Origin: Klebsiella phage vB_Kpn_003_Koku
Direction: 5' to 3' (one strand)
Sequence record: PV625052.1
DNA: 45,245 bases
Program-made: the position numbers and the translations under genes
Notes under the pieces: model-generated
The model's input: the letters and a program-made list of their open reading frames with translations, nothing else
The model's database searches: none
What the model was told of the DNA's origin: nothing
In this document: positions 26,323 to 34,796 of the stretch, one piece after another
Numbering within the stretch: position 1 is the first letter of the stretch
Layout of the letters: each line of letters starts with the position of its first letter

Positions 26323-27312
26323 TTATGCCAGCTGCACCCTGGCACCCACAGTGCACTCTGGGATGATCTCCCCAAAGTCGAGTACAGTCCCTGTGATGGT
26401 GTAATTGCTACGACCTTGGGAGAGTCCATCCAGTGTCACATCATCAATAGCTGACACGGAGACGCCAAGGTCAACCGATGTTGTGGAGCCATTAGCTGCC
26501 ACATGAATCCACTCCCAGGACCCTGGATCTGCTGGTGTGATATAAGAACCCACCAACACAGACACAAGTTCACCTGCACGCAAGGGTGGGTATGCCAGTG
26601 TGATCACATTGTTGTCGATCTCAAAGGCACCATCCTGTTGGTCCTGGTAGACACCGTCCCTGTGCACAATTGCAGAGGAGAAGTAGAACGGAGGGAATAC
26701 CATTGTCTCCCCTCCTGCCGCCCTGTATGTCCAAGGTGCTGTTCTGTGGCTGATATTGGAATCAAAGGCTTTTAGCAGACCATCAATTTGCTGGTCTTGC
26801 CTGTCGTTCCAAATGGTATGCTTCTGGTCAATACTCTCGGCCAAATCCTGGACAGCATCCAACTGACCCTTGTTAACAGCATCTTTGGGATCAACACCAT
26901 CACCCAGGTTGGTGATTAGCCACCCACCCATATTCAGGTTCTGCTTGAGGTAGAACCCATCAGGGTAGAACCCATCCAGAAGTTCCTGGGTGATTTCCAG
27001 TAGGTGGATGAAGGTGTTATTCAGCGATGCCATGTCCAGCATCACACCAGGCTCAAACTGAGCAAATGGGTAATCCTTGGCAGCGATACGGCGAATCAGG
27101 ATGCGTGTCCCGTTTGCCGGAGGGGTAAGGAAGGTAATCTGGTTGGTCCCAGATAAGCTCCACCCAGAGGCCGACACCCACGCGGTGCCGTTCCATGTGT
27201 ACACATTAACCTGGTTGGCAAGGAGATACCCCTTGCCTTTACCAGTAAACGCGAAGTTGAATGTTGTGGCTACACCATCCCCTGTTCGCTCGACGTAGCT
27301 ATAGCTCATCAA
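26323..27312 (-). CDS. Tail fibre / tailspike adapter protein (T7 gp17 N-terminal-domain-like)
   Basis: 329 aa directly after the internal virion proteins, with a short T7 gp17-like N-terminus. In SP6/K1-5-like phages this adapter anchors the tailspikes. Confidence 0.65.
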   Translation of the reverse strand: MMSYSYVERTGDGVATTFNFAFTGKGKGYLLANQVNVYTWNGTAWVSASGWSLSGTNQITFLTPPANGTRILIRRIAAKDYPFAQFEPGVMLDMASLNNTFIHLLEITQELLDGFYPDGFYLKQNLNMGGWLITNLGDGVDPKDAVNKGQLDAVQDLAESIDQKHTIWNDRQDQQIDGLLKAFDSNISHRTAPWTYRAAGGETMVFPPFYFSSAIVHRDGVYQDQQDGAFEIDNNVITLAYPPLRAGELVSVLVGSYITPADPGSWEWIHVAANGSTTSVDLGVSVSAIDDVTLDGLSQGRSNYTITGTVLDFGEIIPECTVGARVQLA

Positions 27313-30300
27313 TCCTCCAATAAGTCTACACTGGCCTTGGTCATCTGACCAATACCAATGGTGTTTGCTAGTGGGACCAGGCGTCTTACCTTGTCCACAA
27401 CCTGTCTCGTGGATACATCATCATCTCCTGTTGCATAACGAGACATCATATTGATTGCACCTACAGCATCGCCAATAACCCCGGCACCTGCAACCAGCTC
27501 ACCAAACCCTTGCTTCTGGAAACCTAAGCGCCCAGGTGCCTGCATCATTGAATCCGGCATGAGTCCAAAGGTAGCCAGTGCATCCCCAGCCAGGCCGAAG
27601 CCTGCAACCTGTGGCAGCTTGTTGAACACACCCATTGCCATGCTCTGAGTGGAGAACTTGTCACGAAGGAACTTATCACTATCCTCGCGCCCCAAGGCCT
27701 GCATCTGCATCTGGGTTGCGTAGGCAGCAAACCCCAACAAGGTGGACCAGCTCAGAATCATCGCTGCCTGAATCTTATCACCTCGCAGGTCATGGATGAG
27801 CTGCTTCTCGATAGACACAATGGAGAATGATTTAAACTGAGTAAGTGCCTTGCCCCACCACTTGTTCATCCAGATACCCTCATCACCAATGAAGTTACGC
27901 TGGATAAGACGACCACCCATGCGACGCACCGCAACACCAACGGTCTCCCGTAAGTCAGGCTCCATTGCATCGAAGTTCATCATACGCACCTGCTGACCAT
28001 TGTAGTCTGCGTGTGCTGGGTTGTCATCAAAGTGACGCTGCAATCTCTTCATGGTTGCCTCATCAAGACCAACCTCATCAAGGTCTGCCTGTGGTAGCTT
28101 ACGGCCTCCCGACAGGTGCTCCTTGAGTCGCTTGTTGATGGAGCGTGCCACAATCTTCTCAGAGCCACCCTGCACTGCCTTGAACCCAGACAGCCACAAG
28201 TTGATGCGGGAACCCATAGCCAGCCCGTTGTCGGCAATCTTGCTCAACCGCCCCAGGTTGTCCATAGACTCACCAAACTCATCATGCCTTACGTTCCACC
28301 CGGTAAGCCAGTTGTCCTCACCAATGTAGCCAATGAGTTCCTCCATCTCCCGGAGTTCCGGCTCAAGCAGTCTGCCCTGGGCCACACCGCCCTCACGGGC
28401 CGCACGGCTGCGCAGGAAGCGCGTGGCTGGCACGGAATGCAGGACTGTACCCAAGCCCATCTTGACCACAGATCGTGCAATCTCGGGCACCTGGGCGAAG
28501 CCCATCTGGCCCAAGCGGAGCAGGCCTGTAATCTCACGGACCCGGCGAGTCCCTTTGACAATCCCGGAGTTCGGGTCGGCGTCCACGGTATTACCGTTAA
28601 TCAGCCTGACGGAATCCCGGAGCATATCCGCCTCGGCCCGGAGCTGCTTAATCGCCCCAGCGTCCATTCCCACCATGTTGCGCCCAGCGCGTTCTGCGGC
28701 GTCGATAGCGTTCAGTGCACTCTGGGTAGTCGGGAAGCCCATTCGGGCCAGAGCGGCCCCGCCAGCGGCCTCTTTCGCGTAGTTGTCTGCCAGCTCTCCA
28801 ATGTTGGTGTTGAGCAGGTCCTGGACACGCATGCCGCCATAGCTTGCCTGGGTGTTGATGCCCATGCTTGCCTTGGCTCGGTTGGATACCGACTCAGCCA
28901 TTTCAGACAGCTCTGTGCCTTCGATGAAGTTATCAATGATGCTGTCAGGGACCCCGGCTTTCTTGAGGTCAGCGATCAGCACTGCCTGCTGCTCTTGAGA
29001 CACAACCCTGTCAAATGCCACACGGCTGGATAAGGTGGAATCAGAGCCACGAACATACTGGACTTTAGCCAGTGCATCAGCAGCTTTCTTGCCCATCTTG
29101 TATTTACCAGTCTGATAACCCAGGGATAGGAGGTCGATGACGGCCTCTTTGCTACCCAGACGGTTGACTGCCTCTGTGATTTTGATGCCATCGAAGATAA
29201 CAGGGACGTAATCCTTAGCAGACTTGACGTCTTCAAAGCCTTTCTCACCAGCAGACTTGCGTAACTCCAGGCCTTTCTTGAACTTGTCAGCGATACCCTC
29301 GGCAGCAAGTTTGACACCCGGTGAGGTATTCTCGGTGATACCGGACACAATCGCAGTGTATACCTGGTTGTTGAAGTCACGAGTAACAGCTGGGTTGAGG
29401 TAGTCAATGGCACGCAGGTTGTTATCCTTGATGAACTGAGAGAAACCATCGTTGTAGCGGTTCTTCTCAGCAGACCGAATAAGGTTGTTATTCACATCTG
29501 CAAGGATTGCTGCGGTCTTGCCATGATAGCTACCACCCTGGGCGTTCTCCAGGAGGCGCAGGCCAAGCCCACGGAACACAGGGTTCTTTGAGTTCATAAT
29601 GACCGAAGACACAGAACCCATGTTGCCTGCCCACTTAACTGGCTTAACCCTGGATGCATAAGCCTCACGGGCCAAGGTGTCCATAAGGTCTTCCATGCTG
29701 TCTGACAGGTCGAACTGCTCCCCCTGAATCTCAGAGCCTTCCACTCGGGCAGCTGACAGGTTATCCGGCTCTTGCTTGCTCGCCTGCTCTGCTGCCCTCT
29801 GTGCCTCATCAAACTTCATGGTAGGGGTCTGCCTGCTTGCACGCTCAGCCCGGATAGCAGCCAGGGCATCCTGCACAGCCCGTTTCATCGGGACAGGTTC
29901 AGGCTTGACATCTAGGCCCAGCTCTTTGAGCTTCTCTTCCCGTGACAGGTTGGAGAATCTCTTGAGTTCATCCTTGGCCTTCGTGACGTTATCCATCTTC
30001 GCCAGGGTCGCCTTGGCCTCTTCTATACGCGCCACTAAATCTGCATGCGGCTCATCATAGCGGCGGGCCAGGGCTTTCTTTTGGACTTCCCAATCCAAGG
30101 CCTCTGTCTTGGTCCGAGGAGCACCCGCCTTGGCAGCAGCCTCTGCCTGGGCATCTACCTTCTTGCTACGCATGCTTGCCGCTTCCGCCTCAAGCTCACG
30201 AATCTGCTTCTTCAAATTACCCTTGTCCTTGGAGGAGAAGCGATAGTTTGCATCAGCTGTGAGTGCCTCGGTGTGCTTGGCGATGCTGTAGTCGATATCC

Positions 30301-31148
30301 ACATCACCAGACTTGAGTGGGTCACGGTCGCGGACAGCCATGTAGGCATCGTACTCCATTGCCTCTTGCACAGCTTTGGATGCGTTGAGATCGAAGTCAT
30401 CAGCCCCATCCACAACAGTGCGCAGTGGGTTTCCGGGTTCAACTGGCGGGACGTCTGCATCGTCACCTAAGTTTCCACCACGGATACGCTCACGTGTCAG
30501 CGCACCGATAGTCCCACCCATAACTGCACCAAAGCCAAAGGCTAGCATGACGTTATCCGCATCTCGCTGGTAGTCACCTTCGCCAATTACAGCTTCTAGG
30601 GCAGCGTTTCCTGCGCCTGCAACGGCAGCAGTCTTCAAGATGCGACCGATACGACCAACTTTCCAAGCACCAGCCACCGGGGCGGCTACAATAGATGCAG
30701 CCCACCCAGCCGGGTCGGCAACACCAGCAAACAGCTGTGCAGCGAAACCAGTGAACCCATTACGGGCCAGGATATCATTGCGGTCCTTGTCAGCCTTGGC
30801 ATTTGCCATGTTGAATTGCAGTTGCTCTGGAGACCTAACGTCCTTTGTGATATCCTGTGCAACCTCGTAGCCATACAGTCGGGAAAGCTCGTCTTTGGTT
30901 GTGTCAGGCACAGAGTACCCTTCTTGTGGCGTGAAGGTGGTGTTGTGACGCTCAAGCGCCCGCTGTCCACCATACAGCGCCCACTCATTATCTACAGCCG
31001 TTCGCAGGACATGGTCGTCTGCACGTGCAGCCTCAGCCTTACGTTCTGATTCTGCCACCTGCGAGAAGGTTGGTGGCAAGGTCCGGCTGTCTGTGGGGAC
31101 CCAATTTCCATTCTGTTGCATGGTTACCTCTCTATTAATGACAATCAT
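27309..31148 (-). CDS. Internal virion (ejectosome) protein, T7 gp16-like
   Basis: 1279 aa, the largest ORF, in the last position of the internal-protein block. Confidence 0.8.
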   Translation of the reverse strand: MIVINREVTMQQNGNWVPTDSRTLPPTFSQVAESERKAEAARADDHVLRTAVDNEWALYGGQRALERHNTTFTPQEGYSVPDTTKDELSRLYGYEVAQDITKDVRSPEQLQFNMANAKADKDRNDILARNGFTGFAAQLFAGVADPAGWAASIVAAPVAGAWKVGRIGRILKTAAVAGAGNAALEAVIGEGDYQRDADNVMLAFGFGAVMGGTIGALTRERIRGGNLGDDADVPPVEPGNPLRTVVDGADDFDLNASKAVQEAMEYDAYMAVRDRDPLKSGDVDIDYSIAKHTEALTADANYRFSSKDKGNLKKQIRELEAEAASMRSKKVDAQAEAAAKAGAPRTKTEALDWEVQKKALARRYDEPHADLVARIEEAKATLAKMDNVTKAKDELKRFSNLSREEKLKELGLDVKPEPVPMKRAVQDALAAIRAERASRQTPTMKFDEAQRAAEQASKQEPDNLSAARVEGSEIQGEQFDLSDSMEDLMDTLAREAYASRVKPVKWAGNMGSVSSVIMNSKNPVFRGLGLRLLENAQGGSYHGKTAAILADVNNNLIRSAEKNRYNDGFSQFIKDNNLRAIDYLNPAVTRDFNNQVYTAIVSGITENTSPGVKLAAEGIADKFKKGLELRKSAGEKGFEDVKSAKDYVPVIFDGIKITEAVNRLGSKEAVIDLLSLGYQTGKYKMGKKAADALAKVQYVRGSDSTLSSRVAFDRVVSQEQQAVLIADLKKAGVPDSIIDNFIEGTELSEMAESVSNRAKASMGINTQASYGGMRVQDLLNTNIGELADNYAKEAAGGAALARMGFPTTQSALNAIDAAERAGRNMVGMDAGAIKQLRAEADMLRDSVRLINGNTVDADPNSGIVKGTRRVREITGLLRLGQMGFAQVPEIARSVVKMGLGTVLHSVPATRFLRSRAAREGGVAQGRLLEPELREMEELIGYIGEDNWLTGWNVRHDEFGESMDNLGRLSKIADNGLAMGSRINLWLSGFKAVQGGSEKIVARSINKRLKEHLSGGRKLPQADLDEVGLDEATMKRLQRHFDDNPAHADYNGQQVRMMNFDAMEPDLRETVGVAVRRMGGRLIQRNFIGDEGIWMNKWWGKALTQFKSFSIVSIEKQLIHDLRGDKIQAAMILSWSTLLGFAAYATQMQMQALGREDSDKFLRDKFSTQSMAMGVFNKLPQVAGFGLAGDALATFGLMPDSMMQAPGRLGFQKQGFGELVAGAGVIGDAVGAINMMSRYATGDDDVSTRQVVDKVRRLVPLANTIGIGQMTKASVDLLED

Positions 31149-31156
31149 AAAGGCCT

Positions 31157-31175
31157 GTCCAACGTGTTGGACAAG
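31157..31175. repeat. 20-bp palindrome copy 7 (TTGTCCAACACGTTGGACAg on the minus strand), in the gp15-gp16 intergenic region
   Basis: ctgtccaacgtgttggacaag. Confidence 0.8.
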
Positions 31176-31190
31176 ACCTTGAGTTTATCA

Positions 31191-34127
31191 CTAGACCGAA
31201 AGTGTTCCCACTCGGGAGTTCTCTGTCAGCTTACTAGGCCCATTCACCTGTAACCAGCCATCTTTGCCAATCTTGGATGCCAGGCCTTCACGGAGGAAGT
31301 TGGCAATATCAGCAGAGGCGAACTTGGCATACATGGAGCCATCTTTATCGGTACGCACTTGGGTAATCTTGGGCATACCAGATGCAGCCATAGCCATGTT
31401 ATAGGCCTCAGCTCGACGACGCAACAGGCCTGGGCTACGTGCTCCCTTGGTGTAGTTGGTGTCCAGCATGTTGATGAAGCCCTCAGTGAAGCGCCCAGCC
31501 TTGAAGTCGGCATAGGCCTTCGGTGCATTGGCGATACCTTGCTTGCCCAGGTTGTAGGACAGGTCAAGGATACCACGCTGCACGCCAGGGTGCATTGAGT
31601 CAAATGGCACAGCCCAACCACTGGTAGACGGCTGGTGTGCCTTGATGTCCTGCTCCAGCAGTTGACGTGCACGCGCCGGGGTTAACTCGGACTGACCTTG
31701 GCGGAACGGTACTTTCTCATCACCGATAGTGACATACCCGTTACGCTTCTCTTCTTCTGTCAGGAGGTGACCAAAGCCAATGTTATCACCACCCTCGTCG
31801 CGGTAGACAGAGTACGTCCCGGCTCGCGGGTCAAACCCAGCGTTGATGGAGTTCTCCGCCTTGGCGACATAATCATAAAACATGTTTTGGTTCTCCTTAT
31901 ACCCAAACTCGAAGTTACTTGGTAGGTTAGCGCCATCTGCGAATGCAGGTGACATGAGGAAAGAGCTGATACCCATCTTGCCAACGTTCTTGGCAGTAAC
32001 ATCCTTGGGGTCCTTGACGGTAGTAGGGCTAATGCCCCATGAACCCATCTTCATCTGCTGCTCACGGAATGCCTTGTTGCCGTCATCACGAGCCTTGACC
32101 TCTGACTCATAATACTTCTTGAGCAGGCCCTGAGCTTTAATCTCAGAGAGAGGCATGGCTGGTGTGACAGGGGTGCGACCGGAGCCAGCACGGATGGTGA
32201 ACAGGCCACGCTTCATATCCACATCGAAGTATAGGTCTTTCTCATCCATGCCACCAGATGCATCCAGAAGTGCCTGCTTGTTGTCATTGAGATACTGACG
32301 GAGAGCAAGAGGCATATCCTTCTGGTTGGTCTTGAGTACTTCACCCAGGCCACGGACATCACCTTTCACCAGAACACCAGAGGTAAAGAACCCCTCAGAC
32401 AGCTGGGAATACTGACCCTTAAGGTACTCGGTGAGGTGCCGCTTGATGGTGTCATTGTTGTGACCTGCCACCTTCATAGCACGGGCAATCTCACCTGCAT
32501 CCTGGAGCATCAGGTCCTTACCCATGTCAGACATGTTGTCGCCACGGGTCAACCAGGAGCCACCTGCGACATCACTGACCACACCATCCACATCGCTGTT
32601 AAGCTCTTTGAGGACACTGGAGGGAAGCTTGTCGCCCTGGCTTGCTGCCTGTGCGAACTCCACAGCCTGGCCTGGGTTGTATCCCATACGGGTTGCTCGC
32701 TCATAGTTCTCGGCGAATGCATACTCCTTGTCACCCATCACCGCACGGCGTGCATCCTCTGGGATTGCATCACGGGCCTGCATCAAGGTCTTCATGGCCT
32801 CTGGCTCAGCCTTCATATCTTTAAGGTTGGCCGAAGACATAGACATCAGTGCCTGGTATCGGTCAGTAATGTTAGGGTCCTTGATAAGCTGCTCACCCAG
32901 CTTGGCATAGCGGGCACGCTCATACTTACCACGGATGGCCTCTGCCTCCTCACCCGTTGCACCTGTCTTGAGGATTTCATCATCAGCGAGCTTGGTGTAC
33001 ACACCAGAGATTGCCTCGGCATAGCTCTTGCGTTCCTTTTCGCTAATGTCCTGCAAGCCGAGAGGTGACCCACCTTCTCCTCGCTTAACAAGGTCCGCCA
33101 GCTGAGCCGTCTTGGCATGCTGCTTGGCTACGTTGTTAAACAGGGTGGTAATCTCCCCATCCGACCAGGCCGTGCCACCAGAGAGCTTATTGTGATTCTC
33201 CATAATCTGGAGCATCTCATCCTTGTTCAGCTCACCCTTGGTGTATGCCTCAATGGCTGCGTTCTTCTTCTCGAACAACTCAACCTGATTAAGGCTCGCC
33301 CAGGTTCTGTTGGCACTAATCTCACCAGTCATGAGCTTACCATTACGCTCATAGAGGGATACGCCATCCTTGTCCTTGAGGGACTTGGTCGCCTCAATGA
33401 AAGAGGAATCACCAACGGATGCCTTGCTCAGTGCCACATCAGCCACCATAGCCTCGTACTCTGGCTTGGTCAGCTGCATGGTAAGTGCTTCCTGCTGGAG
33501 CTGGTGGAGGGCCTCATTAAGGGGTTCACCAGAAAGACCTTTGGTCACCAGGAGGATGCGAGATTGCATTGACTGCGCACGCTCAGCACCCTCCCGCTCC
33601 AGCTTGGCACTCTGCCGTGCAGCAAACACCTTGGGCTGCTGCTCCATGAATGCGTTGGTGATAATCTTGCCAGTCTCTTTGTCAGCACCCAAACCTGGGT
33701 ACTTCTGGATGACCGTATCTTGAATGGCGTTGCGGGACTTAACGACGTGTTGCTCCCACTCAGCATCATCCCCAGTGAATCGCTTGGCGTCCTCCTGTAG
33801 CTGGGCCGTGGATGCAATCACATCATTCTGCAACTGCACCAACATGTGAGCACGGGTGCCGCCCACGGTGGCCTCATCGCTCGGAAGAAGACCACGGAGT
33901 GCTCGGTCATACTGGACAACCTTATCATCCTCAACACTCCGATTCATGATGTCGGTAGCCAGGCCTGCTACTGAGCCAGCAGCGTTAAACAGGTCATCCA
34001 CAAAGTTACCTAAGCCAGGTTGGGTTTGCGGAGTGCCAACCTGGATTGCTTGAGTGGCAGACCCACGGGGTCCACCTGTTGATTGGACAGGGGCCAACCC
34101 CTGCACTGCTTGGCGCTCAATAGCCAT
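31191..34127 (-). CDS. Internal virion protein with a C-terminal lysozyme-like (muramidase) domain
   Basis: 978 aa. The C-terminal region (GFGHLLTEEE...LLEQDI...GVQRGILDLSYNLG) resembles T4-lysozyme-family peptidoglycan hydrolases, as in SP6/K1-5 internal proteins. Confidence 0.75.
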   Translation of the reverse strand: MAIERQAVQGLAPVQSTGGPRGSATQAIQVGTPQTQPGLGNFVDDLFNAAGSVAGLATDIMNRSVEDDKVVQYDRALRGLLPSDEATVGGTRAHMLVQLQNDVIASTAQLQEDAKRFTGDDAEWEQHVVKSRNAIQDTVIQKYPGLGADKETGKIITNAFMEQQPKVFAARQSAKLEREGAERAQSMQSRILLVTKGLSGEPLNEALHQLQQEALTMQLTKPEYEAMVADVALSKASVGDSSFIEATKSLKDKDGVSLYERNGKLMTGEISANRTWASLNQVELFEKKNAAIEAYTKGELNKDEMLQIMENHNKLSGGTAWSDGEITTLFNNVAKQHAKTAQLADLVKRGEGGSPLGLQDISEKERKSYAEAISGVYTKLADDEILKTGATGEEAEAIRGKYERARYAKLGEQLIKDPNITDRYQALMSMSSANLKDMKAEPEAMKTLMQARDAIPEDARRAVMGDKEYAFAENYERATRMGYNPGQAVEFAQAASQGDKLPSSVLKELNSDVDGVVSDVAGGSWLTRGDNMSDMGKDLMLQDAGEIARAMKVAGHNNDTIKRHLTEYLKGQYSQLSEGFFTSGVLVKGDVRGLGEVLKTNQKDMPLALRQYLNDNKQALLDASGGMDEKDLYFDVDMKRGLFTIRAGSGRTPVTPAMPLSEIKAQGLLKKYYESEVKARDDGNKAFREQQMKMGSWGISPTTVKDPKDVTAKNVGKMGISSFLMSPAFADGANLPSNFEFGYKENQNMFYDYVAKAENSINAGFDPRAGTYSVYRDEGGDNIGFGHLLTEEEKRNGYVTIGDEKVPFRQGQSELTPARARQLLEQDIKAHQPSTSGWAVPFDSMHPGVQRGILDLSYNLGKQGIANAPKAYADFKAGRFTEGFINMLDTNYTKGARSPGLLRRRAEAYNMAMAASGMPKITQVRTDKDGSMYAKFASADIANFLREGLASKIGKDGWLQVNGPSKLTENSRVGTLSV

Positions 34128-34796
34128 TTAACCTCCTAATCCAGACGAATACTTACGGGAACTATCCCATGCATCTTTAAGTGAACTTGCAGTCTTGGCA
34201 CCACCCACGAATGCGGATGCCGCTGAGCCAACACCAGATACCAGAGATGCAAAGGCAGAAGGTTTCTCGAAAGACCGCATCTGCATCTGGCCTCCCGTTC
34301 GGATAGCCTTGGCTTGGTTGACGAATGACTGTTGCTGATTCTCATAGTTGCGCACAATGGTGCTCTGGTTTCTCCCGGCTTGACCATTGAGGTCACTGAG
34401 CATAGAGGAGATAGAGGCACCGCCAGTGCCAGAGGCACCAGCAAGCAGCTCCACCTGAGCACGTTGTTGCAGAAGACTAACTTGGTTATCAATGAGCTGC
34501 TCACCATACTCCTGGTTTGCCGCCGTCTGAGCCTGCCCGAGCTGCCTGTACTGCTCTCGGGTGTTAATCATCTGCTGCTTCCACTGCTCGTTCTGCTGCT
34601 TACGCAATGCTTCGGCTTGGTCGCCTTGTCCCAGGAAGCCAGTGAGTGAACTGAGCAGAGACCCACCCATTGCCAGCAGGCCACCTCCCATGCCACCACT
34701 ACCACCCAATGCGCTTATGGCACTCCCGGCGACACCACTGGCCCCCAAGGAACCAAGGGCGCTGGAACCCATAGCTGCTAATCCTGCTATTGCCAT
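34128..34796 (-). CDS. Internal virion protein (Gly/Ala/Ser-rich, gp13/14-like)
   Basis: 222 aa of low-complexity G/A/S-rich sequence with a Q-rich coiled region. Position as in T7 gp14. Confidence 0.6.
   Translation of the reverse strand: MAIAGLAAMGSSALGSLGASGVAGSAISALGGSGGMGGGLLAMGGSLLSSLTGFLGQGDQAEALRKQQNEQWKQQMINTREQYRQLGQAQTAANQEYGEQLIDNQVSLLQQRAQVELLAGASGTGGASISSMLSDLNGQAGRNQSTIVRNYENQQQSFVNQAKAIRTGGQMQMRSFEKPSAFASLVSGVGSAASAFVGGAKTASSLKDAWDSSRKYSSGLGG

Noticed and set aside
30020-30039. Promoter-like sequence ttctatacgcgccactaaat inside the gp16-like gene
   Set aside because: It has several mismatches in the -12..-5 recognition region and in the TAATA end, and it is constrained by coding. 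It is probably a chance partial match or a very weak internal promoter, so it was not annotated as a promoter.
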